Origin: a virus
Taxonomy: Duplodnaviria; Caudoviricetes
Virus record (IMG/VR): IMGVR_UViG_3300006919_000061
Span: 1 to 58,325 of that record
Length of the DNA: 58,325 nt
Strand: one strand, 5' to 3'
A model generated the notes under the pieces. The model ran no database searches and was not told the origin of the DNA. It was given only the letters and a program-made list of their open reading frames with translations. Positions 32,661-42,951 of this stretch are shown in pieces (position 1 is the first letter of the stretch; every line of letters begins with the position of its first letter). The translations under genes were made by a program, and so were the position numbers.

Positions 32661-35354
32661 ATGGCTGATATCAGACAAAATACCGACGTAACTGGAAAGC
32701 TAACTATTGAAGGAGGCGGTGCATCTACTCCTTTTGAGGTACAAGGAAGCAGCGATTCTGGCGTGTCTTCGTACACGCAGTTTAAGTTGACTGACCAAAA
32801 CACCGGTGTTCTTCTTGAATTGTTTAATCAAGCAGGTACGTCTGAGTTTAGTGTTTCTACTTCTGGGACAACCATCGGGGGGAGCTACGTGCTCCCCCAC
32901 GATGCCCCCGGTATAAATCAAATCCTCACTCGCGCAACTGGTGCGGGTGTAGGTGTGCTGTCTTGGGAGGACAACGTTGCTGACGCAGGTACTATCGGCG
33001 GAGAGCCCGTTAGCATTAGCACGTTGGGTGCCAACAACTTGTTGCAGTACAACGGAAGTGCGTGGGTTAACGTTACTCCGGTTACTCCGGCAACTCCTAA
33101 TCTTTCTCAAGTAGTAACTGCTGGCTCTAGCACTGATGATGCAATCACTGTTGGTGGAATTACTGTTGACGAAGTAACTTACGACGGCGCCGACGGTACT
33201 GCAGGTCAAGTTCTTACTACAGACGGCAGCGGCACCCTTTCTTTTGAAGACGCGGCAATTGACCTTGTGGCCATTGACGTGCACAACGACTCTGGTGCTA
33301 CTATTGCTCGCGGTCTTCCCGTCTACGTTAGTGGCACCCACGCTAGTGGTAAGCCCACTATTGCTCTTGCTGACAACGACGCCAGCGGCACTATGCCCTG
33401 CATTGGTTTGGTACAGGCTAGCATTAGTAACAACACTGACGGCACTGTTATCGTATCTGGAATGCAGCGTAACCTTAATACCAGTTCATTTTCCGCTGGC
33501 GACGCGTTGTATGTTGGTACTACTGCAGGTACTCTTACTGCTACCCGACCAATCGCTGTTACTAGCCAAGTGCAAAAAGTTGGTATTGTAACACGCTCTC
33601 ACGCTTCAACAGGTGAGATTCTTGTTATGGGTGCAGGACGTGTTAACGACATTCCTAACGACGTTGAGATTAACGACATTTCAGACATTGACACTGCAGG
33701 TTTTGGAGATGGTGATGTTCTTGTGTATCGTACCCTTGACGGAGCTTGGGTTCCTGAAGCGTTGCCTAGTAGTGGTGCGTCTGAACTTAACGGCCTTAGC
33801 GACGTTACTATTAGCACTGGGGCAGATGGTGAGGTGTTGGCCCATAATGGTTCTGGGTTTGTTAACTCAAGCTTGGCTACCGAGGTCGGTGCCCACGTAA
33901 GCACGGGTAACTTATCAGATGTTACTAGCGCTGCCCCTGCGAACAACGACGTTCTTCTTTACGATAGCGGAGACGGAGAGTGGGTGCATGAAGGCTTTAC
34001 CCTCGATAACATTATTACTGCCTCTGGCAACCTTACTACTCAGTACTTAATTGTTAACAACGCCACTGGTGTAATATCTACTGGCGGTATTACTGCCTCT
34101 GCAGGAAATATTAACGCATCTACGGGTAGTATTATTGCAAGCGGGTTTGTTCAAGGAACCGCATCTGCTTCTGCACCCGGTATTCAAGGCCTTACGTCTA
34201 CTACGGAAAACGCTGGCGTTTTGTGTAAGTCTTCTATTTCAAACCCAAACGCTGACGCAACAGTAGGTTTGGAGTTGCAACTGGCTACACTAAACCAAAC
34301 AGACAATGAGTTTATTCCGTCTATTTCGTTTACGGCGCGGGACGATAATAACGATGCGTTTGAAGCAGCTAACATCTACACCTACGTTACGGATGTATCG
34401 GCGGGTTCGGAGGATGCAATGCTTTGCATTAAAACCGTTGAAGCTGGTACGGTTCAGATTGCTGCTGAGTTTAACGGTGGTCTGAAAATTTACAACCACG
34501 ACGAAACCGGTCAGCCTAATGACGACCTTGTTATCTACAACCCTACTACCAGCCCCGCAACCGACGACGCTACCGGCACAATCGTTATGCGTGGTAAGAA
34601 CAGCGCAAACGCAGACACAGACTTTGTTAAGTTTATTGGAGGAGTCTCTGATGTAACTAGCGGAAGTGAGGAAGGAGCAGCCGTGTTTGCAGTTATGAAC
34701 GGCGGCACTATGACTGAGGTGCTTGAGTTTTCGTACCTCGATGGTATTAATTTCTACAACAACAAGTACGCCTTCCCTGACGCCACACCTACTGCTGGTC
34801 AAGTCCTTGTTGCTAACGCTAGTAATCCTAGTAATCTTGAGTGGGGTAGTGCTGGTGGTGGTAACAAAGTTTACTTTAGCAAAATGGGTAAGGGTACCCT
34901 TGCTACCCCGACTAACCGTTGGTACGGTGACGCTAGTGAGGGGGCTATGGAAGACTTTCAGTCTACCCACTCTAGCGCTATCGACCCCGGTACTATTAAC
35001 GGTGCGGTTGACAACTATTTCCACAACGGGTTTGTTGCACCGTTTGATTTTACAAACGTGCGTGTTGTTGGCATGCTGGCAAACGCAGGAGACGCTGATT
35101 TGAATACCAACGACCTAACGCTTGAGTTGTGGAGAATCCACTCTTTGACTTCTGGTACAGATAACGGCTCTATTTCTCTTATGGGTTCTACTACCCAGAC
35201 GTTTAACAGCGACACCAACGCTGTGTTTAGCATCGACTTTGATTGCACTAGCAACTTGCCTGAAGACGGGGACGCGTTCTTTATTACGTTTACTAGCCAA
35301 GACTCTACATCAGCTATTGCGTTTAAGTTTAATTTGACCTTTGAGTGCACCTAA
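32661..35354 (+). CDS. Long tail fibre / receptor-binding protein
   Basis: 897 aa; GTAGQVLTTDGSGTLSF and LSDV repeats; distinct C-terminal domain. Confidence 0.85.
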   Translation: MADIRQNTDVTGKLTIEGGGASTPFEVQGSSDSGVSSYTQFKLTDQNTGVLLELFNQAGTSEFSVSTSGTTIGGSYVLPHDAPGINQILTRATGAGVGVLSWEDNVADAGTIGGEPVSISTLGANNLLQYNGSAWVNVTPVTPATPNLSQVVTAGSSTDDAITVGGITVDEVTYDGADGTAGQVLTTDGSGTLSFEDAAIDLVAIDVHNDSGATIARGLPVYVSGTHASGKPTIALADNDASGTMPCIGLVQASISNNTDGTVIVSGMQRNLNTSSFSAGDALYVGTTAGTLTATRPIAVTSQVQKVGIVTRSHASTGEILVMGAGRVNDIPNDVEINDISDIDTAGFGDGDVLVYRTLDGAWVPEALPSSGASELNGLSDVTISTGADGEVLAHNGSGFVNSSLATEVGAHVSTGNLSDVTSAAPANNDVLLYDSGDGEWVHEGFTLDNIITASGNLTTQYLIVNNATGVISTGGITASAGNINASTGSIIASGFVQGTASASAPGIQGLTSTTENAGVLCKSSISNPNADATVGLELQLATLNQTDNEFIPSISFTARDDNNDAFEAANIYTYVTDVSAGSEDAMLCIKTVEAGTVQIAAEFNGGLKIYNHDETGQPNDDLVIYNPTTSPATDDATGTIVMRGKNSANADTDFVKFIGGVSDVTSGSEEGAAVFAVMNGGTMTEVLEFSYLDGINFYNNKYAFPDATPTAGQVLVANASNPSNLEWGSAGGGNKVYFSKMGKGTLATPTNRWYGDASEGAMEDFQSTHSSAIDPGTINGAVDNYFHNGFVAPFDFTNVRVVGMLANAGDADLNTNDLTLELWRIHSLTSGTDNGSISLMGSTTQTFNSDTNAVFSIDFDCTSNLPEDGDAFFITFTSQDSTSAIAFKFNLTFECT

Positions 35355-35364
35355 CGTATATTTA
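35333..35364 (+). promoter_or_regulatory. Host-type promoter, probably leaderless
   Basis: TTTG-N20-TATATTTA-N4-ATG(35369). Confidence 0.6.
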
Positions 35365-35368
35365 CAAG

Positions 35369-35524
35369 ATGCGTATTATCAATACTTGGGGTAATCCTAA
35401 CAAACAAAACGACAAGTATCAGTTCAAGCTTCGCCTTGGCAAGCTGACTGTGCTTGATTTCTACATGGACCGTGGAGACAATAAGTGGGCCTTCACTATC
35501 CTGAACTACACCTTTAAGCCGTGA
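35369..35524 (+). CDS. 51-aa protein (not in supplied track)
   Basis: MRIINTWGNPNKQNDKYQFKLRLGKLTVLDFYMDRGDNKWAFTILNYTFKP; GTGA overlap with the holin. Confidence 0.7.
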   Translation: MRIINTWGNPNKQNDKYQFKLRLGKLTVLDFYMDRGDNKWAFTILNYTFKP

Positions 35525-35970
35525 GTGACGGTAAGAAAAAGTTCAAAGACACTAAGGTGGGGAAGTTCCTGAACGGGGCTGCTCCTCACATCCTTGGTGA
35601 CGTTGCCGACGAGGTGCCGGGCGTGGGTCTGATTAAGACCATCGCTAAGGTAGTCGCGGGCGACCCCGGGATGACTGCGGACCAGAAGATGGAGTTTGCT
35701 CGTCTTGCCGCTGAGGAAGAGCAGAACGCGCAGGAGCAGGTTACCCGCCGTTGGGAGGCTGATGCTAAGGCGGATGTTAAGCTGGCAAAGTTTATCCGCC
35801 CGGTTATGCTGATTGCACTAACGGCGTTCTACATGACCTTGACTATTTGGGACGGCGCCAGCCCACGGTTTATGCCGCCTGAAAACTACATTGACCTCCT
35901 CGAGGTTCTCATGCTGACTGCGTTCGGTGCATACTTTGCGGGACGTACTGTCGAAAAGATTCGTAAGTAA
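35521..35970 (+). CDS. Holin (3TM-holin-like)
   Basis: EQVTRRWEAD...LAKFIRP, TM helices, GAYFAGRTVEK terminus. Confidence 0.8.
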   Translation: MSDGKKKFKDTKVGKFLNGAAPHILGDVADEVPGVGLIKTIAKVVAGDPGMTADQKMEFARLAAEEEQNAQEQVTRRWEADAKADVKLAKFIRPVMLIALTAFYMTLTIWDGASPRFMPPENYIDLLEVLMLTAFGAYFAGRTVEKIRK

Positions 35971-36605
35971 TGGCTTCTCTCAATCAAATTGTCTACAACA
36001 TCGCAGAGGCTGCGGGTGATTCTACTAACACGGTGCTCCTCGAGCGCTTGAAGTTTATGGTCGAATATTACCGTGCTCTGTTTGTACGCCGTGACAGCGC
36101 ACAGAACTTTAACTTGCCTGACCGCCTTGCTCAGAACTTGACGTTTGAGATGGAGTGGGTCAATGCTGTCGAGGCTTGCGGGGTGTCTCTCCCCTGCCAA
36201 ATCCTTTGCACTAAGGAGCTGGTACCTACACCGCTAAACACTAAGAATGCGAGTGGGTTCCTGTACGTTGGTGCGGTTGACGGACAAGAGAGCTATCAGT
36301 ACATTACGCCGGAACAAGTGCCTTACGCAATCACCGGCAAGTTTACAGGCAACCAGCCTAAGTACTTCTACAAGAACGGACGCATCTGTATCATCAACTC
36401 TAGTGCCATGTGCATTGATGTTAAGATGGTTGCGGAGTCGCCAGCTACGGGCGGACCCCAAGGCGGTGGCGGTGTTACTTGTATTGACCCTGACGCGGAG
36501 TACCCTATTACTATGGATATGGTGCAGCGCATTACTCAGGCAATCATGGGTGCTGAGCTGCGTATGCACAGACCCGATGACGATGAGCAAATCGAACTTA
36601 AGTGA
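35970..36605 (+). CDS. Tail ring protein
   Basis: MASLNQIVYNI...YYRALFVR...YFYKNGRICI...DAEYPI; synteny with the crAss tail module. Confidence 0.75.
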   Translation: MASLNQIVYNIAEAAGDSTNTVLLERLKFMVEYYRALFVRRDSAQNFNLPDRLAQNLTFEMEWVNAVEACGVSLPCQILCTKELVPTPLNTKNASGFLYVGAVDGQESYQYITPEQVPYAITGKFTGNQPKYFYKNGRICIINSSAMCIDVKMVAESPATGGPQGGGGVTCIDPDAEYPITMDMVQRITQAIMGAELRMHRPDDDEQIELK

Positions 36606-37044
36606 AGAAAGGTTTGGGGCTAAGGACATGTACTCTGCGTACAAGAAAGCGAATCCAAACACTGACGTCACATACCAATACTACCGAGCAGTCCTTGAAT
36701 CTTTCTCAAAGCTGCTAGCAGAAGAGTTGCTCAACGGGGCAATCTTTAACATGGGGCAACGCCTTGGCACACTACGCATTAAGAAGATTAAGCGTAGCCC
36801 TAACGCTCGTACTATTGACTGGAACGAGACGTTGAAGCTGTGGGAGGAGCAGGGGAAGAAGGAAGGGTTTGTCTATTGGACAGACGACACCTACTACCGC
36901 TGGGCGTGGGACAAACGTAAGGCCCTCGTAAAGAACAAGTCTGCATATCGCTTTGACCCTACTGGTGGGAAAAAGGGACTGCGGAAGAAACTAACTGACC
37001 GTCTGCGCAACGACCCGTTTGCCGGCATGAACTACTCAGAATGA
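36583..37044 (+). CDS. IHF-like protein of the tail module
   Basis: FNMGQRLGTLRIKK...IDWNET...YRWAWDK...YRFDP; start refined to 36583. Confidence 0.75.
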   Translation: MSKSNLSEERFGAKDMYSAYKKANPNTDVTYQYYRAVLESFSKLLAEELLNGAIFNMGQRLGTLRIKKIKRSPNARTIDWNETLKLWEEQGKKEGFVYWTDDTYYRWAWDKRKALVKNKSAYRFDPTGGKKGLRKKLTDRLRNDPFAGMNYSE

Positions 37045-37823
37045 ACTACAAGTTTATCTCTTCTAAAGAAGTCATCGGCAAAGTGTTCCGTGACTTGAAG
37101 CCCAAGGATTCTTCTTGGACTATGGATGCTGTCGAATGGATTGGCGAGGCCCTTGATTTTATTGGGTACCACGGTGCCTTTGAAAAGAAGGTAGACACGG
37201 TTACGGTTGACAGCCACCGAGCTGCAATTCCTTGTGACTTGTACCAACTGATTCAAGTAGAGTACAACGGGCAGGCGCTTGTGTTCGGTACGGACACTGC
37301 AGGCTACGACCCCAACCGCACTACAGCAGCACAGCCTAACACCACAGGCACTGTCTACACTTCTGCAGTCTACAACACCAACCCTAACGACGACCAGAGC
37401 CAGCCTAACTTTGGCACGCAGACTGCTGCTAGCGCCAACTTTGGCACGGACTACTACCTGCTGAATGCAGGCTACATTGTTACGTCTTTTGAGTCGGGCG
37501 ACATCAAGCTGCACTACACGGCATACCCGGTAGACGGCGACGGGTTCCCTATGGTTCCTGACAACATCTACGTCAAGCAAGCGCTTGAGTGGTACATCAT
37601 CCGCCAGATGATGATGGGAGGCTACGTGCACCCCGTGTTTAACTGGCAGGTGGCAGACCAGAAGTGGGGACACTACTGCGTGGCTGCAGGCAACGACCTT
37701 GCCTACCCAAGCATTGACAAGATGGAATCTTTGAAGAACATGTTCGTGCGCCTTGCGCCTAACATGAACGCACACGCGGACTTCTTCCAAGGTCAGGAAA
37801 CCCAAGGACGACTCGGACGATGA
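37041..37823 (+). CDS. Tail tubular / ring protein (P22 gp4-like role)
   Basis: AVEWIGEALDFIG, IPCDL, YTAYPVDGDGFPMVPD, ALEWYI. Confidence 0.8.
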   Translation: MNYKFISSKEVIGKVFRDLKPKDSSWTMDAVEWIGEALDFIGYHGAFEKKVDTVTVDSHRAAIPCDLYQLIQVEYNGQALVFGTDTAGYDPNRTTAAQPNTTGTVYTSAVYNTNPNDDQSQPNFGTQTAASANFGTDYYLLNAGYIVTSFESGDIKLHYTAYPVDGDGFPMVPDNIYVKQALEWYIIRQMMMGGYVHPVFNWQVADQKWGHYCVAAGNDLAYPSIDKMESLKNMFVRLAPNMNAHADFFQGQETQGRLGR

Positions 37824-40800
37824 AACCGCTGAAAGGACTTAACAGAGACGTTGCGCATGTAGACCAGCTCGCCGGTACTTACCGCCGGGCACGCAACATG
37901 ATTCTCGACGACCTCGCTGGCGCAATGGCCAACGAGCGCGCACCTGAACTGCTCCCTGCGCTTGACGGCACAGACGAGCGGTTTGCGAGTATGCAAATCT
38001 GTGGACAGTTTAAGGTGCCGGGTGACCGCGTTATTTTTGCAGTCCACTTCCGCTACTCTACAGAGTACAGCGTGTACGATGCTAACAAAGCAGAGCAGGT
38101 CCTTGAGATGCTGCCTGACGGCACGTTTACAGAGATTGCCCTTGGCCCGCAGGGTACGTTTGGCTTTGATGCGGGTGACCCGTTCCAAGGCGTAGGCTAC
38201 GTCAACGGTGCAGGAAACCTTGTGCTCGTGTACACTGATGGGTTTAACAAGCCTAGGTACATTCAGTACACTGGCACGCCATCTACTGAGCCATTCCTCG
38301 TATTCCCAGAGGCTAAGTTTCCTATGGCGCGCCCTGTGAAAGAAGGCGCAAACGATACTACCGGTAACATCCTTGCAGGCAACTACACCTTTATGATTGC
38401 CTATGAGGTGCAGGACGGCTCTGATAACCTGACGCAGTACGGACCTAGTATGGGCTCGTACCAGATTGGCGCAGGCAATACAGACGAGAACTTGCGGTTC
38501 CGTGGTTCGGCTAAGATGAAGTTCTACGGACTGGACACAAGCTACAACTACGCCCGTGTCTACGCTATTCGTGATTGGCAAGGCACCGAGACTGTTATCT
38601 ACGCCGACCGCTTTGCTATTACTGACGAGGACCAAGAGTGGACGTTTACTGGGCAGGAGGTTACTAACACTGCTAGCCTTACCACTGACGCCTTGTTGAT
38701 TCCTAGGCTTAGCTACACGTCTGCACAGACCGTGGCTGTTAGCGACGACCGCATGTTCTTGGCTAACCTGTCTACTGACGACATTTCGTACGAGGAAGGA
38801 CAGGCTGTTGCTAACAACATTAGCGTACACTGGACTACAGACGAGGAGGGGTTGTATTCTTTCCGCTGGGACCTTTCTCAGCTTGACAGCCCTGACCCCT
38901 TTTCGCAAGTTATCCTTAACAGTTACGACCTGCGCATTACGGACTACACGTCTCTTGATTGGTCCCCGTCTGCCTCTAATAGGAACGGTGCTGACAACGA
39001 GCTTAACACCGTTGGCGGGCAGAACCAACCTGACGACTTTCAAGGAATGCTTGGCGGCTTTATGCCCGGTGAGGTGTACGCGCTGTACATTGCTTTCCTT
39101 AAGAAAGACGGCACGTGGACGCAGGCGTTTCACATTCCCGGTGGTGGAGACGACGGAGACTATAGCAGTGCTGCTCGTTTGAATACAGCTACTGTTGCTA
39201 TTGAGAATGTAGACATCAATCAAGGCTCTGGCACTTGGAACATGCACGTATCCGGACGTCCGGGTTACACTGTTAACACGGCTGACGAGTACAGCAGTGC
39301 GCAGGTGTGGGTAGACGAGGGACTTGATAACACAGGCGTGCGTCACCACCTAATGCCAACGGCTAAGCAGCTGTGGCAATCTGTTAACGACGGCTACGGC
39401 GGCGAGTCTGACATGAACGTTAGCCCGTACAGCCACGAGTGGTGCAACCAGACACTAGGTTTGTACTTTGACAACGTTGTTATTCCGGCGTCTATTGCAA
39501 ATAAGGTGCAGGGCTACAAGATGTTTTACGCTAAGCCGCAGTCTGCAGTAGAGCGTCGCATCAAAGCATACGTTCCGACATGGCGTCACGACGATGACCG
39601 CCTGCGTATCTACGACCCGTACTTGTTGTTTACTAAGCCTCAAGTATCTGACTGGGATATTGAAGAGGTGTACAAGCGTATGTCTTATCTTGAGCAGGGC
39701 GGTCATACAATGCAATCTGCTAGTATTGAGGACTACGCGTACCTGCCTAACAACGTTATCTACGGAGACTTTGACAATGAGTTCCGTGAGTCAGTGCTGG
39801 GCATTGCGGTGTCGGGCGGTACCCCGTTTGACGTTGACCCGTCTACTGTGTGGGACGCAGGCTATCCGGGATTCACAGCAGGTACGCACCAAGAGAAGCT
39901 GGGAGTAATTAGCGTCACAGCCCGTGCTGGAGGCGGATGGCACGTGCAGTCTTCTTTTGACCAAAAGATTACACCGCCCGAAGACTCAAATGGTTTGTCT
40001 GTCGTTAATGACAACTTTGCGTCTGCGCTTGGGGGCTTCCACAATACTGTCGGTACTGCCCAACAGTGGGGCTACGACCACATGCCTAGTAAAAACAGCG
40101 TTAGTTACGGAGCTGTTTACGAGCATGGTGACCAGCCCGGTAATTCTGGGTCGACGTATTACCGAGCAGACGCTATTGATGCAGGCACTGCTAGTGGAGA
40201 CCTTCCTGATACCGCGTACCTTGGTTGGGGCGGTATGATGGGCTCTATGTCTGTCTTGTACCGCGACGAAGACAGCTACCACGTTGACTATGCTAACCGC
40301 CCGCTTGCAGCTACGCACGATTTGGTGCGAGTTGATGGGGCTGGTACGTACAAGTCTAACCAACCCGTGCGCGGTGGTGACACGTGGATTGCACCGGTAG
40401 TTGTAGAGTTTATGCACGGCGGTGATACTGCAAACACTGCCAATGTTGACGCTAACCCGACAACCGGGTTTGATACTATTGGTAAGTGTAGCTACTTTAC
40501 GTGGACGCACATCTTGCCTAGCAAGAACGACCTTGATGGTTACCTTGACACGCAAGACTTGGCAGACTCGTGGGGTGTTGCTTCTGGTAAGACGTTCTAC
40601 AATGGAGAGACGCTGAACAACTTTAACTTTGGTCAGCACTGGTCTTTGCTTAACGAGAAAAAGTCTGCGTACCCTGCAATAGAAGGGGCGCTTGAGTCTA
40701 ATAACTACCCTAATCGTATTATCCGTAGTAACAAGCAAAACTACGAATCTACTAAGGTGGCGTGGACACAGTTTGCAGCAGCGGACTACTACGACAATGC

Positions 40801-41950
40801 TCTCGGCAAAGGCCCCATCCAAAACATTGAGGACTACCAAGGTGACATTATCATCCATCACGAGGATGCTATCTTTAAGACGCGCAGCAAGTTTAACTTT
40901 GACGCGTCTGGCATGAGTGTGTTTGTGGGTACGGGTGACATCTTCCAAGCCCCACCGCAGGAATTGTTTGTGGATGCCGCTGGCTATGCAGGAATCTCGC
41001 ACTGGAGCCACGCGCTGTTGTCTCGCGCTGGGTACACGTGGGTAGACTTGCGTGCTGGACGTATCTTTAACTTGACTAACGGCCTTGAAGAGCTGTCTGC
41101 TAATGGCTTGCGTAACTTTATGCGCGAAGAGTTTGTTACAGCAGAGGGCTTGATGAACAATAACAGTAACATCTTTGAGAGTCAGGGCGGTGGGTTTACT
41201 ATTGGCTTTGACCCAGAGAACGACCGCTTATTGTTTAGTAAACGATACACTAACTCTGTAGCCGCAGCTGGCGGAGCTTTGTCCTACGCTACTGAAGGCC
41301 AAACTCTTAGCTACAGCCTGCGTAATAAATGCTGGGTTAGTAACCACACATACTGGCCTTTCCAATACTTCCAGACATATAACAACTTGTTTATGTGGAA
41401 CGAGGTAGACAACGGAGGGTACAGTTTGTCGTCTTCTACTAATGACCGAGGCGGTGTGTTTAAGATTAACGCAGCTGTTCCGGGCACGAACTACAATGCA
41501 GACGGTACAGTTAACGATACACCAGACACAAGCTTTGTAGACTGCGTGTTTAACATGGGCGGCGCTGCTAGCAAGGTCTGGCAGAACTTTAACTGGGTTA
41601 CTCGTAACGGCGAGGATGAAAGCAACCGCGACCGCACTGTTACATTTGACAGAGCTCGGGTGTACAACGACGACCAGTGCTCGTTTGAGAATAGCAACTT
41701 CCGCCTGACGGACAACCGTTGGCAGTGGAACGAGTTCCGAGACGACAGCCTTGCTGGAGCTACGGGTTGGTTTACTAATCTTGAAAACTTCCGGGACAAC
41801 AATGCTATTATGGATGATACCAAGCAGTGGTACGAGCGCCAGCGGTTTGTAAGTGAGTTCCTTGTTATTCGTCTTGAAACTTTGAATACTGATGGCAATC
41901 GCCTATATTTGTTGGATGTCGGGGCTACTGCACGTAAGGCTCGCCGCTAA
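37820..41950 (+). CDS. Tail muzzle / stabilization protein (P22 gp10-like role)
   Basis: 1376 aa; KGLNRD N-terminus, GEVYALYIAFLKKDG, TLSYS...WVSNHTY; immediately precedes the cargo genes. Confidence 0.85.
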   Translation: MKPLKGLNRDVAHVDQLAGTYRRARNMILDDLAGAMANERAPELLPALDGTDERFASMQICGQFKVPGDRVIFAVHFRYSTEYSVYDANKAEQVLEMLPDGTFTEIALGPQGTFGFDAGDPFQGVGYVNGAGNLVLVYTDGFNKPRYIQYTGTPSTEPFLVFPEAKFPMARPVKEGANDTTGNILAGNYTFMIAYEVQDGSDNLTQYGPSMGSYQIGAGNTDENLRFRGSAKMKFYGLDTSYNYARVYAIRDWQGTETVIYADRFAITDEDQEWTFTGQEVTNTASLTTDALLIPRLSYTSAQTVAVSDDRMFLANLSTDDISYEEGQAVANNISVHWTTDEEGLYSFRWDLSQLDSPDPFSQVILNSYDLRITDYTSLDWSPSASNRNGADNELNTVGGQNQPDDFQGMLGGFMPGEVYALYIAFLKKDGTWTQAFHIPGGGDDGDYSSAARLNTATVAIENVDINQGSGTWNMHVSGRPGYTVNTADEYSSAQVWVDEGLDNTGVRHHLMPTAKQLWQSVNDGYGGESDMNVSPYSHEWCNQTLGLYFDNVVIPASIANKVQGYKMFYAKPQSAVERRIKAYVPTWRHDDDRLRIYDPYLLFTKPQVSDWDIEEVYKRMSYLEQGGHTMQSASIEDYAYLPNNVIYGDFDNEFRESVLGIAVSGGTPFDVDPSTVWDAGYPGFTAGTHQEKLGVISVTARAGGGWHVQSSFDQKITPPEDSNGLSVVNDNFASALGGFHNTVGTAQQWGYDHMPSKNSVSYGAVYEHGDQPGNSGSTYYRADAIDAGTASGDLPDTAYLGWGGMMGSMSVLYRDEDSYHVDYANRPLAATHDLVRVDGAGTYKSNQPVRGGDTWIAPVVVEFMHGGDTANTANVDANPTTGFDTIGKCSYFTWTHILPSKNDLDGYLDTQDLADSWGVASGKTFYNGETLNNFNFGQHWSLLNEKKSAYPAIEGALESNNYPNRIIRSNKQNYESTKVAWTQFAAADYYDNALGKGPIQNIEDYQGDIIIHHEDAIFKTRSKFNFDASGMSVFVGTGDIFQAPPQELFVDAAGYAGISHWSHALLSRAGYTWVDLRAGRIFNLTNGLEELSANGLRNFMREEFVTAEGLMNNNSNIFESQGGGFTIGFDPENDRLLFSKRYTNSVAAAGGALSYATEGQTLSYSLRNKCWVSNHTYWPFQYFQTYNNLFMWNEVDNGGYSLSSSTNDRGGVFKINAAVPGTNYNADGTVNDTPDTSFVDCVFNMGGAASKVWQNFNWVTRNGEDESNRDRTVTFDRARVYNDDQCSFENSNFRLTDNRWQWNEFRDDSLAGATGWFTNLENFRDNNAIMDDTKQWYERQRFVSEFLVIRLETLNTDGNRLYLLDVGATARKARR
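41881..41911 (+). promoter_or_regulatory. Consensus Bacteroidota promoter for the cargo/RNAP operon, inside the muzzle gene 3' end
   Basis: TTTG-N19-TATATTTG. Confidence 0.7.
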
Positions 41951-41967
41951 TAATATACATTACTACT

Positions 41968-42951
41968 ATGGAGCGTAAGCGACTTAAGAAATATTCAGGC
42001 GGTGCTCAAACTAAGCCGACGGGAGCGTTTACTCAAGGAGCTGGGTTTACTGGTACTGCACTGGGCCAAGGCCTTGGAATGTTCGGCGGTATGGCTGGTT
42101 CTGCTATTGCACAGGCCGACCAAGCTGACGGTCACATGTCAACTGGTGGTGCACTGGGTAGCGGCGCTCTTAAGGGAGCATCTATGGGTATGGCCCTTGG
42201 TCCTGCTGGCGCTCTCATTGGTGCAGGCATTGGCGCAATTGGCGGTCTGATGCAGCGTAACAAGTTTAACGAAGAGTCACGTCGGCAGGAAGAGGCAGAG
42301 CAGGAAGCAGAGCGCCGTCGCAATGCTATGGAAGAGCAGATGAAGCTGCAGCAAATGAATGCTGCGCTTGACGCATTTCCTGTCAAGGGTTCTAGCACTC
42401 CTCGTTTTAACATGGGTGGACTTACAGACCCGCCCGGGGGTGAGCGTTACTTTGCTATGCCTAACTACGGCAACAGCATGGACCCTAACGCTAAGCCGTC
42501 TATGGATTTCTACATGGACGGACAGCTCATGCCTTCTACGGACTTTGCAAAGCAGTTGCCCGCTGGCATAAACATTAACGACATTGCAGCTTACGGTTAC
42601 CAGAAGGCAAAACCTACGTACAGCCCTAAGTCTGGCTGGAGCTACTCTGGTCAGAATGACTACATGGAAGACTTTGCTCGCATGCAGGCTGGTGAGTACA
42701 AGCTGGGTGGTATGACGCTTGGCCCGCAGTACGAGGCAGAAGGCGGTGAGATGATTCAGTACCAGAAGGGCGACACGCCTAAGGTATTTGGTAAGGGCGG
42801 CATCTCTGAGGTGAGCTCGCAGGAATACGAAATCAAAGGACCTAGCCACAAGCAGGGAGGCGTAGATATGTCCGACGACAAAGGTGCGCGCATCTACAGC
42901 AACAAGCTGACGGTAGACGCTGCACTTATGGAAAAGCTAAGTAAGCTCTGA
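41968..42951 (+). CDS. Virion cargo / ejection protein 1 (Gly-zipper TM segments)
   Basis: GALKGASMGMALGPAGALIGAGIGAIGG; EAEGGE and GPSHKQGGV motifs. Confidence 0.8.
   Translation: MERKRLKKYSGGAQTKPTGAFTQGAGFTGTALGQGLGMFGGMAGSAIAQADQADGHMSTGGALGSGALKGASMGMALGPAGALIGAGIGAIGGLMQRNKFNEESRRQEEAEQEAERRRNAMEEQMKLQQMNAALDAFPVKGSSTPRFNMGGLTDPPGGERYFAMPNYGNSMDPNAKPSMDFYMDGQLMPSTDFAKQLPAGININDIAAYGYQKAKPTYSPKSGWSYSGQNDYMEDFARMQAGEYKLGGMTLGPQYEAEGGEMIQYQKGDTPKVFGKGGISEVSSQEYEIKGPSHKQGGVDMSDDKGARIYSNKLTVDAALMEKLSKL

Noticed and set aside
13212-32886. Extra GGGGAGCT copies at 13212 and 32879
   Set aside because: Inside coding sequence on the plus strand and lacking the downstream hairpin; consistent with chance
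28703-35354. Diversity-generating retroelement or invertible cassette acting on the fibre genes
   Set aside because: No reverse transcriptase or recombinase in the window and no adenine-variant TR/VR pair seen; the repeats are ordinary fibre repeats
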